Part shown: positions 12,616 through 27,200 of the stretch, piece by piece
Layout of the letters: each line of letters opens with the position of its first letter
How positions within the stretch are numbered: position 1 is the first letter of the stretch
NCBI GenBank assembly: GCA_973895155.1
Contig: OZ316891.1
Location: forward strand, 14,105,037 to 14,169,036
DNA length: 64,000 nt
Origin: Marsupella aquatica
Taxonomy: Eukaryota > Plantae > Marchantiophyta
Direction of reading: 5' to 3'
The notes under the pieces: model-generated
What the model was told of the DNA's origin: nothing
The model's database searches: none
What the model saw: only the letters and a program-made list of their open reading frames with translations
Translations under genes and position numbers: made by a program

Positions 12616-13036
12616 TGTTGGGTATTTACTCTTACGTCTAGGTTAGGTATGACGTGGTTGGTACAACAACGTGGGTTGGTACAACTACGTGGTTAGGTAC
12701 AACTACGTGATTAGGTACAACTATGTGGTTAGGTACAACTACGTGATTAGGTACAACTATGTGGTTAGGTACAACTAAGTTGCACACTATATCATAAGAG
12801 GCATGTGTGTTTGGAGAGGTAGAACCAAGGCTCATTGTTATGGAGCCACTTGAGAGATAGAGAGAGCTTACACTGTGGAGACTCGGTATAGCCGACGGGC
12901 TTAGAGTTCAGTAAAGCTCTCTTGTGTGTTCCCGTGGACGTAGCCTCAAGGAGGTGAACCACGTATCTCTTGTGTCGACTATTGTGCGTTGGATGGTTCA
13001 TGGGCTTGCCGTTGCGATCGTCGTCTATGCTCAACA
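12616..13036 (+). repeat. 3' LTR of copia element 1
   Basis: 421-bp near-identical copy of 6542-6962. Confidence 0.96.
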
Positions 13037-16000
13037 GGGGGAAGGGGGTATGGAGGCACTTAACAAGATGAAGGAGGGTCTGACGGCGCAGGGGTCAAGG
13101 CAGAGGAGGGTGAGGAAGGAAGAGACAAAAGAGGAGGCAATGGACCAGGGGGTTGGGCCAATGAAGAAGGCAATGATGGGGGGGAGGGGGCGAAGGCTGG
13201 GATGGTGAAGCGAAAGAGAGGAGGGTTGAGGGGGAGAACAGAGGAGAGGGGGGTGCCGGGCAGGGACACTAGGGGATCAGGGGAAGAGCAAGGGGGTGAC
13301 CGGGCAGGGGGCAGTGGGTTGAGTGAAGTGTCTAGAACAAGGGCCCGGGAAGAGGAGACAGGGTTTTTCCAGGAGGGGGAGACAATAGAGGAGCCGGGAT
13401 GGGTACATAAAACCAAAGAGGGGGGCAGCTTTTGGAGGGTCAGAGTTAGATGGCAGGCCAGAGGGAAGGGACCATCTGGTTAAGGACGGTCCTGGGGAAG
13501 GGGACCGTCTGGTAAGGGAGGGTCCAAAAAAGCTCGGGATTGGGGCCGGCCACTTGCACGGGCACCAAACCCAAAGGAGGCGGCAGGGGGCATGAGGTCA
13601 CCCCTGGCAAGTGACCTCCTATACGCAAGGCCGGACACCCCACATTAAATGCTCTCACCTTGCGGGAAGGCACTCCAGGCTTAGGGGACACTGAGGCACA
13701 TCCTCCTCTCACCCAAACGCTCTTGCTCCCAACCCCGCCCTGTGCTTGCCATATCGCTCCACCAGCACGCTCTATACCTCCACCCGCCTGTCTTAAGTTT
13801 ATTGTTCATGATCTAATCTTGAATATGAAACCAAAATTTATATTATAATATTTTATTTTAAATTTGTTACAAGTAGGAAAAGGGGCTCTCAAGTGCATAT
13901 TGATGATGAGTATTGGGTTAGTACTATAATATTTAAAAAGTGAATTGTAAAATCAATAATCAAACTCTGAGCAAAATGTGTTGGGTACAATTGATGAAAA
14001 TGGTCATAGTTATTACACTCACCTCCTTGCGAGTTAAATAATAAATACTGGAGCTCATTTGTGGGTGACGTTACTATAGTAGCATTTGGAGCCTCTAATA
14101 CACTCCCAAACTACACACACCTATGCCCCACATCTCGCTCCCAGTCTGGTTTCCTGCGCCACCCCCACAGTGCTGCGCCCACCCAACATTTTGACCCAGC
14201 GAATCAGCATACAACACATGGGCAGTGCTCACCCGTACACCTGCTACAATACGCATATCCTTATGCACCGTCCATGTCCCGCCTTTAGCAAATCTCTATA
14301 TGCCAAGTTGCGATATTTCTATTTTTGCAATGTACGCCATCCACTATTCCTGATCTCTGCAATACAATATTCAAATCCTCATTTATTTTGTTCTGACTCA
14401 TCACATACCAACAAGTATAAGGTTTTTTGTTCTGATCCATCACAAACCAACACGTATAAAGGTTTTTTTTAAGTTCAGTAGAAGAATTTACATTTCTGTA
14501 GAAGAATATTCAGGTTAAATTTAATCTAGTTTTGAAAGATAGCCATTCTAAAACCAATTTTTTTATTATGGTATATTTATACTGGAATATGCCTGTTTTT
14601 TTTGGTCTTGTATTGATATATAATTCATTTGATTAGTACATGTAAAGTATATATCAAGAAATTAATATTTTTTAATTAAAAATGAGTGACATAATACACA
14701 TGCCAAAAAAAACATATTATGACCAAGAAATTACAAATATACTAAAGAATTGTGCATATATAGTACATATTTTCACTTGTTTCTAAGTAATGACAATCAA
14801 TTCAATTAAAATCATGAATTTTGTAATGGAAACCATGAGGGGAATTTAGTACACCATATGTACACATTATTCAAATTTATTTCTCTCACTCTCATGAGAC
14901 AAAAAGATAATTCACTAAAGACTGATTGAAAAGGAAAAATTTAACATTTATGAGGGGAGCCAAATATATTCAAAATACTCTATGTTGACTAAAATTTAAA
15001 GGGGTCCAAAAATTAATTCAAACTCAAATTAATACAAATGATTCACCTTGGTAAGGCACATTAAAATCAAAATACTGAATACAAAATATCAATAAAACAA
15101 AATTTGAAAGGTGGATTGATCATATAGCAGTTTCATTTAACACCTAAACCATCCCATCCAAAAGCCATAGGCATCAAAAATTAGTTTGTTTTATTGTTTT
15201 TAGGGGTTTATAAGCCAAACATATTGCGAGTGTTATGTGACTGGCTTAGAGTGAGGTCCCCAACAAATAAAGTGGGGGTGGCAGCCCTTGCACTCTGTAC
15301 CAAACTGCATCAGGTCAGTCAAACCAGGTATCTGCAACACACAGACGCTTGTTGTAGTTGTAAGATTCAGATAAAACTATACCGAGGTAACCCTGGACTT
15401 TCCCCTGCCTGTGTGCATTAATTGATCTAAAGAAATAATGAGATTTATCATAGTATGGAGGGATTTTTAAATGCTATATTTTCATGTGCACTTACTGGTA
15501 CCTGGGTTTTCCAAGTTGCAAGCTACAATAAGTTATGCAGCTTGCTCAAGACATTTCCCCTTTAAATGCTATTTTTTAGAAGTACGCTCAGTGGAAGAGG
15601 TGATGCGGAAGGTTACTTGCGAAATGTGACTGGCCACAGGTTTTCTTGTGTACCGGAAAAGGAGCACCCGACATGTAGGCGAGGGCTGATTTTGTTTGAT
15701 TTTAATAATGAGAAGCTAAAGCGGAGTTCCCCGGAGTTGCATGAACGACTCTTCAATTGAATTCGATTAATGACGACTAATGACGAGTAGTCCCGCTGAG
15801 TGCATCCCTGCTTTGGCCTCGGTGTCACTTGTGTGGGACATTCTATCAATCAGCCTTCGTGTTGCGGTTCCTCACAGTACTTATTATATCACTACGTCGA
15901 TTGCTTTTTGTCGTTCCTGTCGTCATCCCTATGATTAAATTTAGAGAAAGGAAATCTGATCACGTATGACTTTCCTCAGTTTCAGTTAATGTACGCATGA

Positions 16001-16904
16001 AACGCATGAAACGCTCATTGAGCTCAGGCTGTAGAGTGCCTGCTCACAATATATAGCATACTGCTCACAAGATTCCCCATATGAGAAAAGGTATTTCCTG
16101 GTATATTAATGAGCTCCAGATAAGCCTTTGGGAACTGGTGACGTTCCATTGGGCCCTTGGAGTCTTTTCGAGTGGGGCCAGACCTATGCCAATCCGTGAA
16201 TGACACGTGTGAAATTCAAATAATTGCTAGGTGTCACTATGCCTGTGCTTGGTCACAAAAGGCCAACTTCCACCAAATCATTACTCCCGTATTGTATTGA
16301 GTGGAGGGGATGGAGACTATCAGACCATAATTAATATAGAGTCCGAGTGGACCCCCACCCAATAGCAAGAGAGAATATTGTACCTGTTTCCCAGTAAAGT
16401 ATCCATTCCAGGAAACAAGAAGAGAGACAATATCAAGAGCCAATGCAACGCGACCATTTCATACAAAAGGCACTACGACACCGGGAGACCATATAACTTA
16501 ACTGTATTACAATACTGTTTTAAACTCTGAAAGTGCACTAAGAATATTTTAAGTGGTGTTAGATTAGTGCTTTACTCTGTTCTACTCTAAAAGTGTGTCT
16601 GGGAGCCACCCACAGCTTTGCGCTCCAAGATCTAGCCTAAAGAGTTATTCTGGCGTCATCCAAGTACACTCGTTTAGTCGTCTGAATAAATAGTCGCACA
16701 CTGACAAATCACGTACTCTTAATTAATATGGATCTGAGCTCTGAGCCATTGGATCATCTTTGGTTGTTAAATTAAATGGCTGGTGAAAAAAATGGCAAAA
16801 AAGCAAATTAGATCAAAACAGTGACAGAATATTAATCTAGACTATAATTCTCACTCAACCTGTACAGTTCATGATACCCTATAAAGTGAAACCATGGGAT
16901 GTAA

Positions 16905-16995
16905 TTTATCTGGGAACACTAGATTTTGATATTTAGATTATGCTTGTGAGTAAAAAGGGACATGAGAATTTGGATACGGGAGCTGTACCTATGCA
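16905..16995 (+). repeat. Short dispersed repeat (second copy at ~37845-37935)
   Basis: TTTGATATTTAGATTATGCTTGTGAGTAAAAAGGGACATGAGAATTTGGATACGGGAGC matches TTTGATATTTAGACTTTGCTTGTGAGTAAGCACAGACATGGGAGTTTGAGTACGGGAGC. Confidence 0.6.
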
Positions 16996-19900
16996 ATGAG
17001 CACACTATTCAGGCTAGTTTAGACACAAAGATGAAAATGTAATAATATACTCATAAACTGACATGGACAGAGGAAAAAGATTCTAGTCACTTCTATTCTA
17101 AGATGGTAGACGTTGAACTACCAAGGTGCCTGATGAGCTAGAGTAGTAAAATTGAGGATAAGGGTCTAGGGGTCTACACTGAAACCTCTGGACCAGTGTT
17201 TTTTTTAAGGATTTCACTTTTTCGCCAAGGTGGCGAATGTAAAGTGTGTCAAGGAGAAGATGCTCAAAAGATTCTGTATTCAATTATGTTCTTGACCGTC
17301 AGATCTCTTAGATTTAAGGCGGACCGTTAGATTCTGGCTAAAGGGGCCTGGGATTAGGTGGAACACTGGCTAATGAGACAGCAAAAAAATAGTGAATTTT
17401 AGCCAAAAGTGGCGAAGGAATTTTGGGGAGGTGGAATCTAGCGAATTTTCGCCACTAAAAAAAACACTGCTCTGGACCATGACTATGAGTGCAGAGCTTG
17501 TGGTGGAGGTGGGACAGAAAATGGGCACGATGGCACTCATCACCTCTCTAAGAGCAAAGCTCACACATTCAAGCTCGTCCACATAAACTTAGATGGACCG
17601 AGCAAAGTGAATCGATCCAGTTCTATTCTAACGTCGTCAATGTTTAGCCATCATGGCTACCTGGAGTGCTGGAGTAGTAAAATGGAGGAGACGAATAAGC
17701 GTTATGTTATTACGCAAGGCGAGGAAAATTCCATTTGTCATCCAGGAAAATGCAACGGCAGCGTGAACCAATCAAAGGCTGCCAAGACTGACCGTCTCTC
17801 CTCAAGGCCACATGAAATCAAGGGAAGTACAGGAGCAATACGGTCAATGAGGTGAGAGCTGAGAAGGAAATACCGATTGAGTAACGAGGAGCACTTTTTC
17901 TTTTGGGAGCAGACAAGGAATCATGAGGAGTACTTCTACTTCTAAATTAAGTTATTCCTAGCTTATTTTAGCTCGAGGATGCCGTCACCTGAATTCGTGA
18001 TGCACCACGGAGATTACTGAGCGGCATGGTTTTCACACGTTTGCTTCAAGCCAGGTCCGTGTTGGAGCATGTACTTGTTGTGTAATAATAACACCGTACT
18101 GGCGTGCTGACCTTTACCGAATGAATCTTGTGAGGGCTTCTAGAAGCCTGGGCGACTGGTAATTCCTCTCGTGGCACGGTTGACGACGGAAGCCGCCTTC
18201 CCTTTGACCTACTTTTCTCCCTAAACATCCCGTGAGCCCAACGTATGCTGGTGCTTTCAAGAAGAAGGATTTTTTTCTTATCGTGCTCTCATGACCAATT
18301 TGCCTTCTTTTTCCTTCTTATTATACCGCGACAAGAGCCTCAAAATCAGGAGAACCAATAAAGGAAGGAAACAAGGCCCAGGAAGATCAACGAACAAACT
18401 AGCCCAATAAGAAGTTTTTAAAATTAAAATTAAAATAATCTCCAAAGCTATAGCCTCATTGGGCAGGAAAAAACAATCTGACTCTTTCTTTTCAGAGATT
18501 ATTATAAATGTTGTCTATGTTTGAGATAAATGCTCCTCTGAATGGAAGGTTTTCAAGTAACCACTGTAATTGCAAAGGCACTTATGATGAATCCAAACTC
18601 TAAGTTGATATTGATAGCAGCGACTCTTTAGTGTCATAGGCCATATTTTACCCGGGCCTGCAGTTCTGCAGTTCATGATCCGCAGTGTAACGTGACGGGC
18701 CATGATTTCTTTAGGGCATGGGCAGTCTGAGGTAGGGGGAGCCTTTCCTATGCATAGGCACAGGTATTATGGCGAGTGTGTAGAAACCACACACTTGAAA
18801 ACTTAGCTGGGCAAACGAACGCCTTCAGACAATTGTAAGACATAGGCATAAGCATGTTAGGAAGATGGACTGAGGGAGCCTTTCAATCAGAACCTACTCA
18901 CTAGAAAAACACCTGATGGTGGGGGTCACATTAATCGGCCCAAGATAATTTGTTTTTGTTTTAAAAACTTTGACTGACCAGTAAAAACCAATAAAAGAAA
19001 AGAAGCTTTACCCCCCCCCCCCCCCCCCCCCTCACACTCCCCTTTTTTTTTAAACAAGGACCAGCCTAAGGTAATGCAAGATGAAGTCGGGGTGAGGTGT
19101 GCAAGAATTGGACACTAGGGTAATAGACAACGATTGAGACTAGTGTGATCTTGGTTTGTTACTTTTGGCTTATTCCCCTCATGTGGGTTGCCAGGTCTTT
19201 TATGTTTCCCTTTTCATTGACAAACAAAAAAGTGGACACTAATAAATGGAAACATGAAAGGTCTGGGAAAGGAGGATCCGAGTTGCAGCTGCTGGGAAGT
19301 GCAACACAGATCATATTTGTACTGGACCAATGAAATCAAAGCCAGATGAATGAGTCAATGGCGGGTGACGGACAATGGAGTAAAATGTTATGTTCAGCAT
19401 GATATAGAGTCCTGGAAAGCAAGAGAACCATTTAAGCTCGGCCAACAGGAAGATGCTGATATACGAACAGAATAGCACTTTTAGATTTTAAAAGCACTAC
19501 CGGTAAGGATCAAGAAGAGAGCAAATTATGTGCACTGCAAGCTGGGGTTGGAGTGTTAGCAGAATGCAAGTCACTCTCGGAAGTTCACTCTGGTAAAAAA
19601 TTGGCCGTTCTTCTTCAATATTGCCTTGTGGTTAGTGAGATTTATGTTCACTGCTTACAAGGGGTTAGGCCAAGAAGTTCGCTGGTGTTGGAGGCTTTAA
19701 TTTTTTGTGGGTAGTATTTGCAACCTGCCATTGCTGCACGCAAATATCATCATGAAATCAGCTTAATGTCGTTTAAATCCACATATCAACTCCAAGATTA
19801 AGTGCCAAAACTACCTCACACGTCTCCAAGACAAGGCAAACCATGTTGCCTTCATCAAATGGACTTCTGAAACTAGCCTGGATACTCTTGCGTATGCATA

Positions 19901-22900
19901 GGAACAGTTCCCTCTACCCAGATTCCTCATGCCCACCCTTGCCCCACAAGTGTACTTTAAACATTGAGAAAGTATGGCCTACGGTTTCACTTTAGAGAGT
20001 AGGTCATGAGTGGTAGATTTCAATCATGAATTAGAGTATAGATAGATGCAAACAAACATGTTTGAAAGCTGCTACCACACTCCTCTACTATACAATTCTA
20101 AACTCAGTTCTGCATTAACCTACGCAAACTCCATGGATAACGGGCTAAAAGTAATGGTAGGTCTCTTTCCTCCACCATCTCAGGGGAAGCCCCAACTGCA
20201 TATTCATCTTCATGCCAAAAAGATGAACAACAACGATTTTCAAAGCTTTCTTCAGAATTTAAAATGGTGAAGTGGTGAGTAGAAATTCAGGTAGGCAGTT
20301 CAAGGAAATTATTGCACCCCTTTGGTCCCACTCTTAAATGTTGCCCACCTGCCTGTTGGCTATTTTGGCGATAAACCAGGGTTGCCTTGGTGTTAGTCTT
20401 TAGTATGTGAAGGACTTCAATGAACCACACACTGAGACTGGGGTTTTTTGTGCAAAAGCAGGTCAATCCAACTTGAAAACTTCACTTGTCACAATATGAA
20501 GCCTGTTACTGCTGGCCTGCTTGCCAGGACAGCTCATGTCAAGCAAACTCTGCACTCAAGTGCATCCGGGGCACCCTAGACCCCATTTGAAAATGTGAAA
20601 ACAAACACCCTCACGGCTCACGCCTTCACCTTCCACCCTCCACCCATGATATCAGATAACATTGAGTAGTGGGACCCGATAAGAACAATAAATGAGAGTT
20701 TCCGAAGAATGCTCATTGAGAATAGTAGAATGGTCATGAAGGTCTACACTACCCAAGAACCAGGCGATGTGGACTGCTTCCCTCCGCTAGACTTTTTTAA
20801 GATTTATTTTAATAAGGAGTTGGCCCTCTGGACTTCGTGCTGACCCACATCTCCGCTCCCGTACAATGGTCCTGTAGGGCCCAGCTCTGACAATCTCACC
20901 CACTGAATGACTGCAGACTGACTGACTTGACTGCACGACAGACGGGGCCTGACGGATACTGACAAGATGACTGGCGTTCGTGCGGGGCCCCTTTGGGACA
21001 GTAATGCGAATATTACAAAGGCGTACAGTACCGTCAGTCACGCCCCAATGTCGTCTGCCCCCTTTCCTGGGACACTGGCACGCTGCAATCAGCTCTTCAG
21101 CTTGTACAGGTACTGTACAACTGTACCACCTCCCCAAAGCCCCAACTTACTAGCAAAGCCATACTGTCCTGGAGTCCTGGGTAAGGTCCTGCCACCAGAC
21201 TACGGTCTGGGTACGCTACCGTAGGATAGGGTCGGCTATTAGTAAAGTGTACCGTACTGAGAATGGTCTGACCCTTTCCCCGAGATTACGGTACTACGAG
21301 AGCATGGTCCAATGGGACAGCGGTACTGTCAGAGTGTAAGGTATCCAGGCATGCCCTCCGATGATACCCCGTCTTACCGGGAATTGTAATTGTATCGGAA
21401 TCCCGCTTGAAAACGGTCTGGTTTATTGTGTCTACTTCTGGCTTATGGATTTTAGCATGGAATTTCTCTGTGAGACCCTATCACCAGCTGAGAACAGGTC
21501 CGTAAAAAATGATACTACCACTGTACTTTTATTCTGTTGTGAATTCTGCTGAGGAATGATTATTTAACGTTTTGGATGGATAATCTGGACCTTTGAATTC
21601 AAATAAGTGACGGGTAGGATTGATGACTCAGAAAGGCCAGAAATGACCATAAATGCTTATGGCATCAAATCTGTGCAATTCTGACAGATACAACCTTGCC
21701 ATAGTGAAGTGTCTCCAAGGTTGTTCCAAGGTCTGCCTATCACTTTTGAAGGTCATGTGTTGAGTTATTATGGTCCTTGTTCATTGATTCCTCTACATGT
21801 GTTCTATGTCTCATTACAATATGTACTGTCTATGCACAGCTCAGTGTTGGAAACAGTGTGAAAATACTGACAGGATCACTGTGAGCCAATCATAACTAGG
21901 CACATAAAGTAAAATGAAATATTTATTTATCTATTTATTTACAAGCATATGGTCTCTAGTTTTCTCCCTGTGTATTCTGGTTGGCATACAATCATCCTAT
22001 ATCTTGTAAAGGTCATTGTATGCCCTTAATCCTAATCCTATACATTGGGCAAACTATGAACAACTCACTCTTGAAATGGACAACGTTACATGTGATTTGA
22101 ATGGTCAAGATTGGTTGAGAACTTAATATTAAAGGTATATAGACGTCACCCAAATCTGTATGTTTTGGTAATCTTTTGTAATAGGATTGATTTTCATATA
22201 CTTCCCTGCAATGACATGCGATTGTGGGTTACAGTTGGGGGGTAGTTTTGGGTTGGGGTTTAGTCTTGTATTTGGACCCTCTGTTTTTTCATATAACCCT
22301 GACACTATCATATGCGGTTGTGGTGCATGCTTTTCTCCAAATTAGCTGTGTTGTGCAAGCAGCATGGGTTGTGCTCAACTGCCTGGGTGGGTTTAAATGG
22401 TGTTATGCACCACAACAGCATTATGATTGGGGATTAAACGTAGGACCTGCTGGCCCCAGGCCCTGTACCTATGGTGTCTTTCTTTTTCTACCTAAATGGA
22501 ATGCTTCACTGAAACTTACAAATAATAATACAGGAGCACATGTTTTTCAATGTCACCTATGTTAAGAATGAAAGTAGTTCCAGCCATTTACAATCATTCG
22601 TCAGTCTTACTTGACTGATTATGATAGACCCTGCTGTAGTTAAATCTCACCTGCTGTATAGTTCCCTTGTCTCGAACTCTGAGGTCATATGTGGTCCTGA
22701 CCTGTATCCCCTCGAGAGTGAACAAATTGTTCTAAATAGAGGTCTCAAACCTCAAAACTTGATGTACACTAACTACTTGTTAAGGTTAGGAACAAGGAAA
22801 GTTATGGATTGCCAAATTCATGATTTATAACTTTTTGCCATAAAAAAACAACAATATGCCATGAATGTAAGTCACAGTAGATGCTAGTGAGAAAACTAAA

Positions 22901-23699
22901 AACAAGATTTTACACAATGCTTTGAAATATGTTACTGCCATGTTTTTTACCAAAAGCCATCATTGTTGTAGCATAGGAGCTTTAACACTCCCTGTTAGAT
23001 AAACACAAATGCAAGTGATAGAATAGACTTCTGCCTGATCAGCGGTGTTGTTGGGGATAGTCACGTCAGCTTGGAATACTAGGTGCAAATTTTGTTGAAA
23101 ACCTATTTCCCATCACCAATCATTTTGTTTGAAAAAATATATATTAACCAATGCCAGTCATTGTATGGTGTCACCATTGGAGATGCCATAATTGTAGAAG
23201 GTGGATTATATTGTGTCAGCATTGAGATACCCCTAATTGCGGAAATTCAAACAATTTGGTAAAATAGTGTCCAACATATAAGGCCGAGAGAAGGGAGAGA
23301 GAGAGAGGGACCGAGGACCGGTCCAGCCCACCTACCAGCTGCATGAAATGCGTCTCTGATAGCGAAGGCTACCCAACTACGTTCGAGGCCCGTAGTGACG
23401 TTTTGTCGTTCGCAGTTACTGAGGGACGACGGCCTCCTGTCTCCCGAATCTACAATACGGTACTGTACTGGGACAACAGTAGTAATACAGTCTTGTACCT
23501 ATGGTCTTGCTCCTTAGCTCCTATCTCTGAGCCGGGCCGAGAGGGCAGAGCCCTACGCGACAGAGCAAGAGCACAGCACAGCACAGCGCCAGTGGAAAGT
23601 GGGAAGCTTGAAGAAGACGACGAAGACGACGACGACGACTATGTGGGGACGAAGTCAGGAGACTCCTCGATACCCACTGCTTTGAAAACAGACCTGCCC

Positions 23700-23812
23700 A
23701 TCACCTGCGAGGCTGCGACTGAAGAGTCTACTGTTCTCATCACCTTCGAGGCTGCAACTGAAGAGTCTACTGTGCTCATGACCTACGAGGCTGCCACTGA
23801 AAAAGTCTACTG
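23700..23812 (+). repeat. 39-bp tandem repeat x3 upstream of the carrier gene
   Basis: ATCACCTGCGAGGCTGCGACTGAAGAGTCTACTGTTCTC-like unit repeated three times. Confidence 0.8.
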
Positions 23813-24275
23813 TATCTCTCTGGCATTTGACGAAAGCTCGTTTCGCGGACAGACGAGAGAGACTCTTTCCTTGCGGAATCAAGTTTGGTGGTCGTCAGCT
23901 CAGCTAGCTGCATTTAGTTCGACTTGTAACCATGCTGTGTCCGTCAGATGTAATTCTGCGATTAGCCCTGATTGCAATGCGCTTTAGAAGGGTTTTAGCA
24001 AGCGGGGTTTAACGGACGTGTTGAGGAGCGGACCAATGTCGATTAGGGCTTAAGAGTTTCTGTCGATTCTACTCCGAGGATAACATTGTGGAGATAGTGG
24101 GTCTCTGACTTCAGGCACCAGGGGTGTGACGTTACGGTGCTTCATGCCACTGGGCTGGCTGAGACTGTAGCCAGGTGCGAGCTGAACACGTCAGGAATTG
24201 AGCTTCGAATTCGAGAAAATGGTGGGATGACATTCTAGAAACTGCGTTAGGGCTTGTGCGAAAAGGAGTCATGCC

Positions 24276-27200
24276 ATGGCGGGATGGCAATGGGAGACCG
24301 CTGTAGCAGGGGCGGTGGCTGGATTAACTACTGTCGTTGTCCTTCATCCATTGGATATAGTTCGCACACGCTTCCAAGGTGAATTTCTACCGGCATTATT
24401 CTCTCGCTTGCTCTCGGTGGTTCGCGAGGGGGGATTGTCCTCACATCTGAAGCATGAAAATTTCTTAATGCAATTTGAAACTGCTTAGCTGTTCGTTCCG
24501 ACCTCTCCCAGGCAACAGAATTCGGGATGCTTTAAACTTAGATTGGAAATTATATTCAATGAACCAGCTCAGCCGCTCGTCGCAAATTTTTCCAGGTCAA
24601 AAAATTCGAATGCTTGAGGCGAAAATTTGAAAATTTGAAAATTTGAAAAATTTGACATTTATAATAGACGTGTAATTTTTGTATGCTAGCCGTCTGATGT
24701 GGGGATGGGTAAGCCCGGGTGGGAAAGCTGAAATCCTGAACTTGGATGAGACCGACATTATGAGACCGGCAAGGCGTGTCTTGAGAGCAGTCTTAAGTAG
24801 CACCCGCACGATTGAGAAGTTTCTGTAGGCTTTGTGTTGTCCGCTAGGTATGCTGTTCCCACCCATAAAATCATGGCTCTGGTACACTCCTGGAGCACCG
24901 GTCAACCATGAATAGATGAACCTGAGCTTGAATTTCGACGAAATTTGTCTTTGATTATGAGAGCTTATTCAGCATGGACCGTAATTGCAACTCCTGATGG
25001 GATTTCTCGAGTTATTCGAATGCAGTATCTGATGGGCGCAACTCAAGGATTCCCAATTACAGGAGCACAACACATGCATTGGCCACAATCACAAAGATGG
25101 AGGTGCGTAAATGGTTCAGCATTTTGAACTTCTGTGTGGAATGTCAGAAGAACTGAGTGAAAATCAATCAGTGTCTTTGTAGATTCACACTGCTTCGCTC
25201 CCGACTGTCTGTCCTTTCTAGAGGTCCCGTCCTTGAACCGTTTTGATTTGTGGCATCACGAAAGGCTATCATGTTTGAAGCTGAATATTGTTGCTTTAAC
25301 TAGAAACTCTATGAAACTACATTGCATTCACTCCCAAATCACGCAGATCTTGGCAAAGTTATGCTGGCCGTTCTGTACATCCATCCATATTTACCCAGTT
25401 CGTGGATATTAGCTTACATACTCGAAGACATCTAATCTTGGAGGTGTCACTTTCCAAGGGTATATTTATAGAAATTCAACGTATTGCCCCATCTGCAACT
25501 CATATTTGGTTGCAGCGTAGTTGTTCAGAAATGTTTACTAGTGTTGCTTTTGTTGTGTGCGTGAGATGTCCGACTGACGAGTAGTCTCGCCGCTAACTAT
25601 GTATCGGTGTAAGCCAATATTCGACCCTTCTTGTTTTAAACCAAGGTGAATGATCGAATTAATTAATTAATTAATTAGGGAAGTTTAAGTATTGTGAGGA
25701 AGCGTTTCTTCTCTCCCACCCCCGCGCCCGGCGGACATCCTAAATAAATCTACAAATCACTCTTGATTCTGCGTTAAAAATAGGGAACTAATTTGGATCA
25801 ATATCTTTTAGAGGCCCTCTTTGTAATGTTGAAGAAGAGTTGCTGCGGTATGGTCTGCCACAATCGTGGTACTATGCTTTCTTTTCAGAATGACATGTTA
25901 ATTGGTTCACGCGTTGTGTGGAGAATTGTAGGGAATCAGAGGCCTTTATGCAGGCTTGTTCCCTTCTGTGCTGGGTTCCAGCATATCCTGGAGCCTGTAC
26001 TTCTTTTTGTAAGTCATCTGCTTGGGTCATCGATTGAAGTCAGGATATTGTATCTACATTGCGATTGGCGTGATTCACCATTTCCAATAAGGGGAGTGAA
26101 CGAGTCATGGATATGCTTTGTTAGAGACTTCTTTCATTTAGCTGAATTTTCTATGGTTGCGTTGATGTTTTGTGGTGCATAATTACGTTTTTGTGATATT
26201 TGCAGCTATGGTAATGCAAAGGCTAGATACGAACGGGTTGTAAAGCGAGATCTGGGACCTTTTTATCACCTTCTCTCAGCTGCTGAAGCTGGCTCGCTAG
26301 TAAGGAGGTTCATTCTTCAACTTACTCACTATTTGCTGCACTCGTCTGTGAGGATTGGCAACCTGTTGTTTGGAAAAAATGAAATTTGTGGACTACTGGA
26401 TTCTTGGTTGGAAAGCAACTCGATGAATCTGACCTTCAAGCGAGATTTACGCAAGCTGTGCCCATGTTCGGTTTAACATTTCGACTAGTGGTTTTATGGG
26501 CAAGTATTACAATCTGGAGAGTATCTTCGATAACCAGTTAATGTCTTCTTGTGCAGGTAAGTTTGATCACGAGTCCACTATGGCTTGTGAAGACACGATT
26601 ACAGCTTCAGCCTCCTGCACATGGAGGTCGGAAACCATATTCAGGCTTACGTGGTGGGGTTTTATACAATCGATCTTTGTCATTTTTCTTTTTTTCAAGT
26701 TAAAGTCCAGATTGCTGGAGAATTTACTTTGTGCTTTTGTTCCACTGGAAGAACAATTGCTGCTCTCCGTATTACAGGGATACTTGATCTTGGGTCCAAT
26801 TTAACAATGGGCAGAGATAGCACGACGCGATTATAAGCCTGAGTACAACGTGGCATTTTGCAATCAACTGTGATATAGAAAAGCATTCCAATTTTTGTCC
26901 CTGTTTGTTAGATGCGCTGAGGAGTATAGTGAAGGAGGAGGGATGGCGTGGTCTCTATAAAGGTCTTGGTCCCTCTCTAATTCTGGTAAGTGCCGACGCA
27001 ATCTTCTCGGAGACATTTCAAACGTTGAAGTGCGTTGAGCTAGAAGGGTATGGAATTGCGCAAGATGAATCATGAATTAATACTTCTTCCTCGGTTTAGT
27101 GGTTTTTTGGAGCAGCCAACATCAGTCATGGCTTGAGTTATATTTAAAAGCTTGTCTTTTTGTTAAAGTTTTCTGTATATCAGTAACTATAGCAGTTCTC

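Larger units (their letters stand above)
6542..13036 (+). mobile_element. Full-length Ty1/copia LTR retrotransposon, recent insertion, pol disabled
   Basis: Two 421-bp TG..CA LTRs, 5-bp TSD GGGGG (6537-6541, 13037-13041), PBS, PPT, and gag-PR-IN-RT-RH order. Confidence 0.97.

Noticed and set aside
13060-13848. Pro-rich and Gly/Arg-rich ORFs next to the 3' LTR
   Set aside because: Low-complexity purine/pyrimidine-skewed sequence, probably the decayed 5' part of the non-LTR element; no domain recognised.
17091-17631. 11-bp direct repeat TTCTATTCTAA flanking ~520 bp as a TSD
   Set aside because: No TIRs, poly-A tail or coding remnant inside; an AT-rich repeat could be chance.
14500-23300. Numerous 60-116 aa ORFs in the long intergenic stretch
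   Set aside because: No motifs and no consistent exon chain, mostly non-ATG starts; expected by chance.
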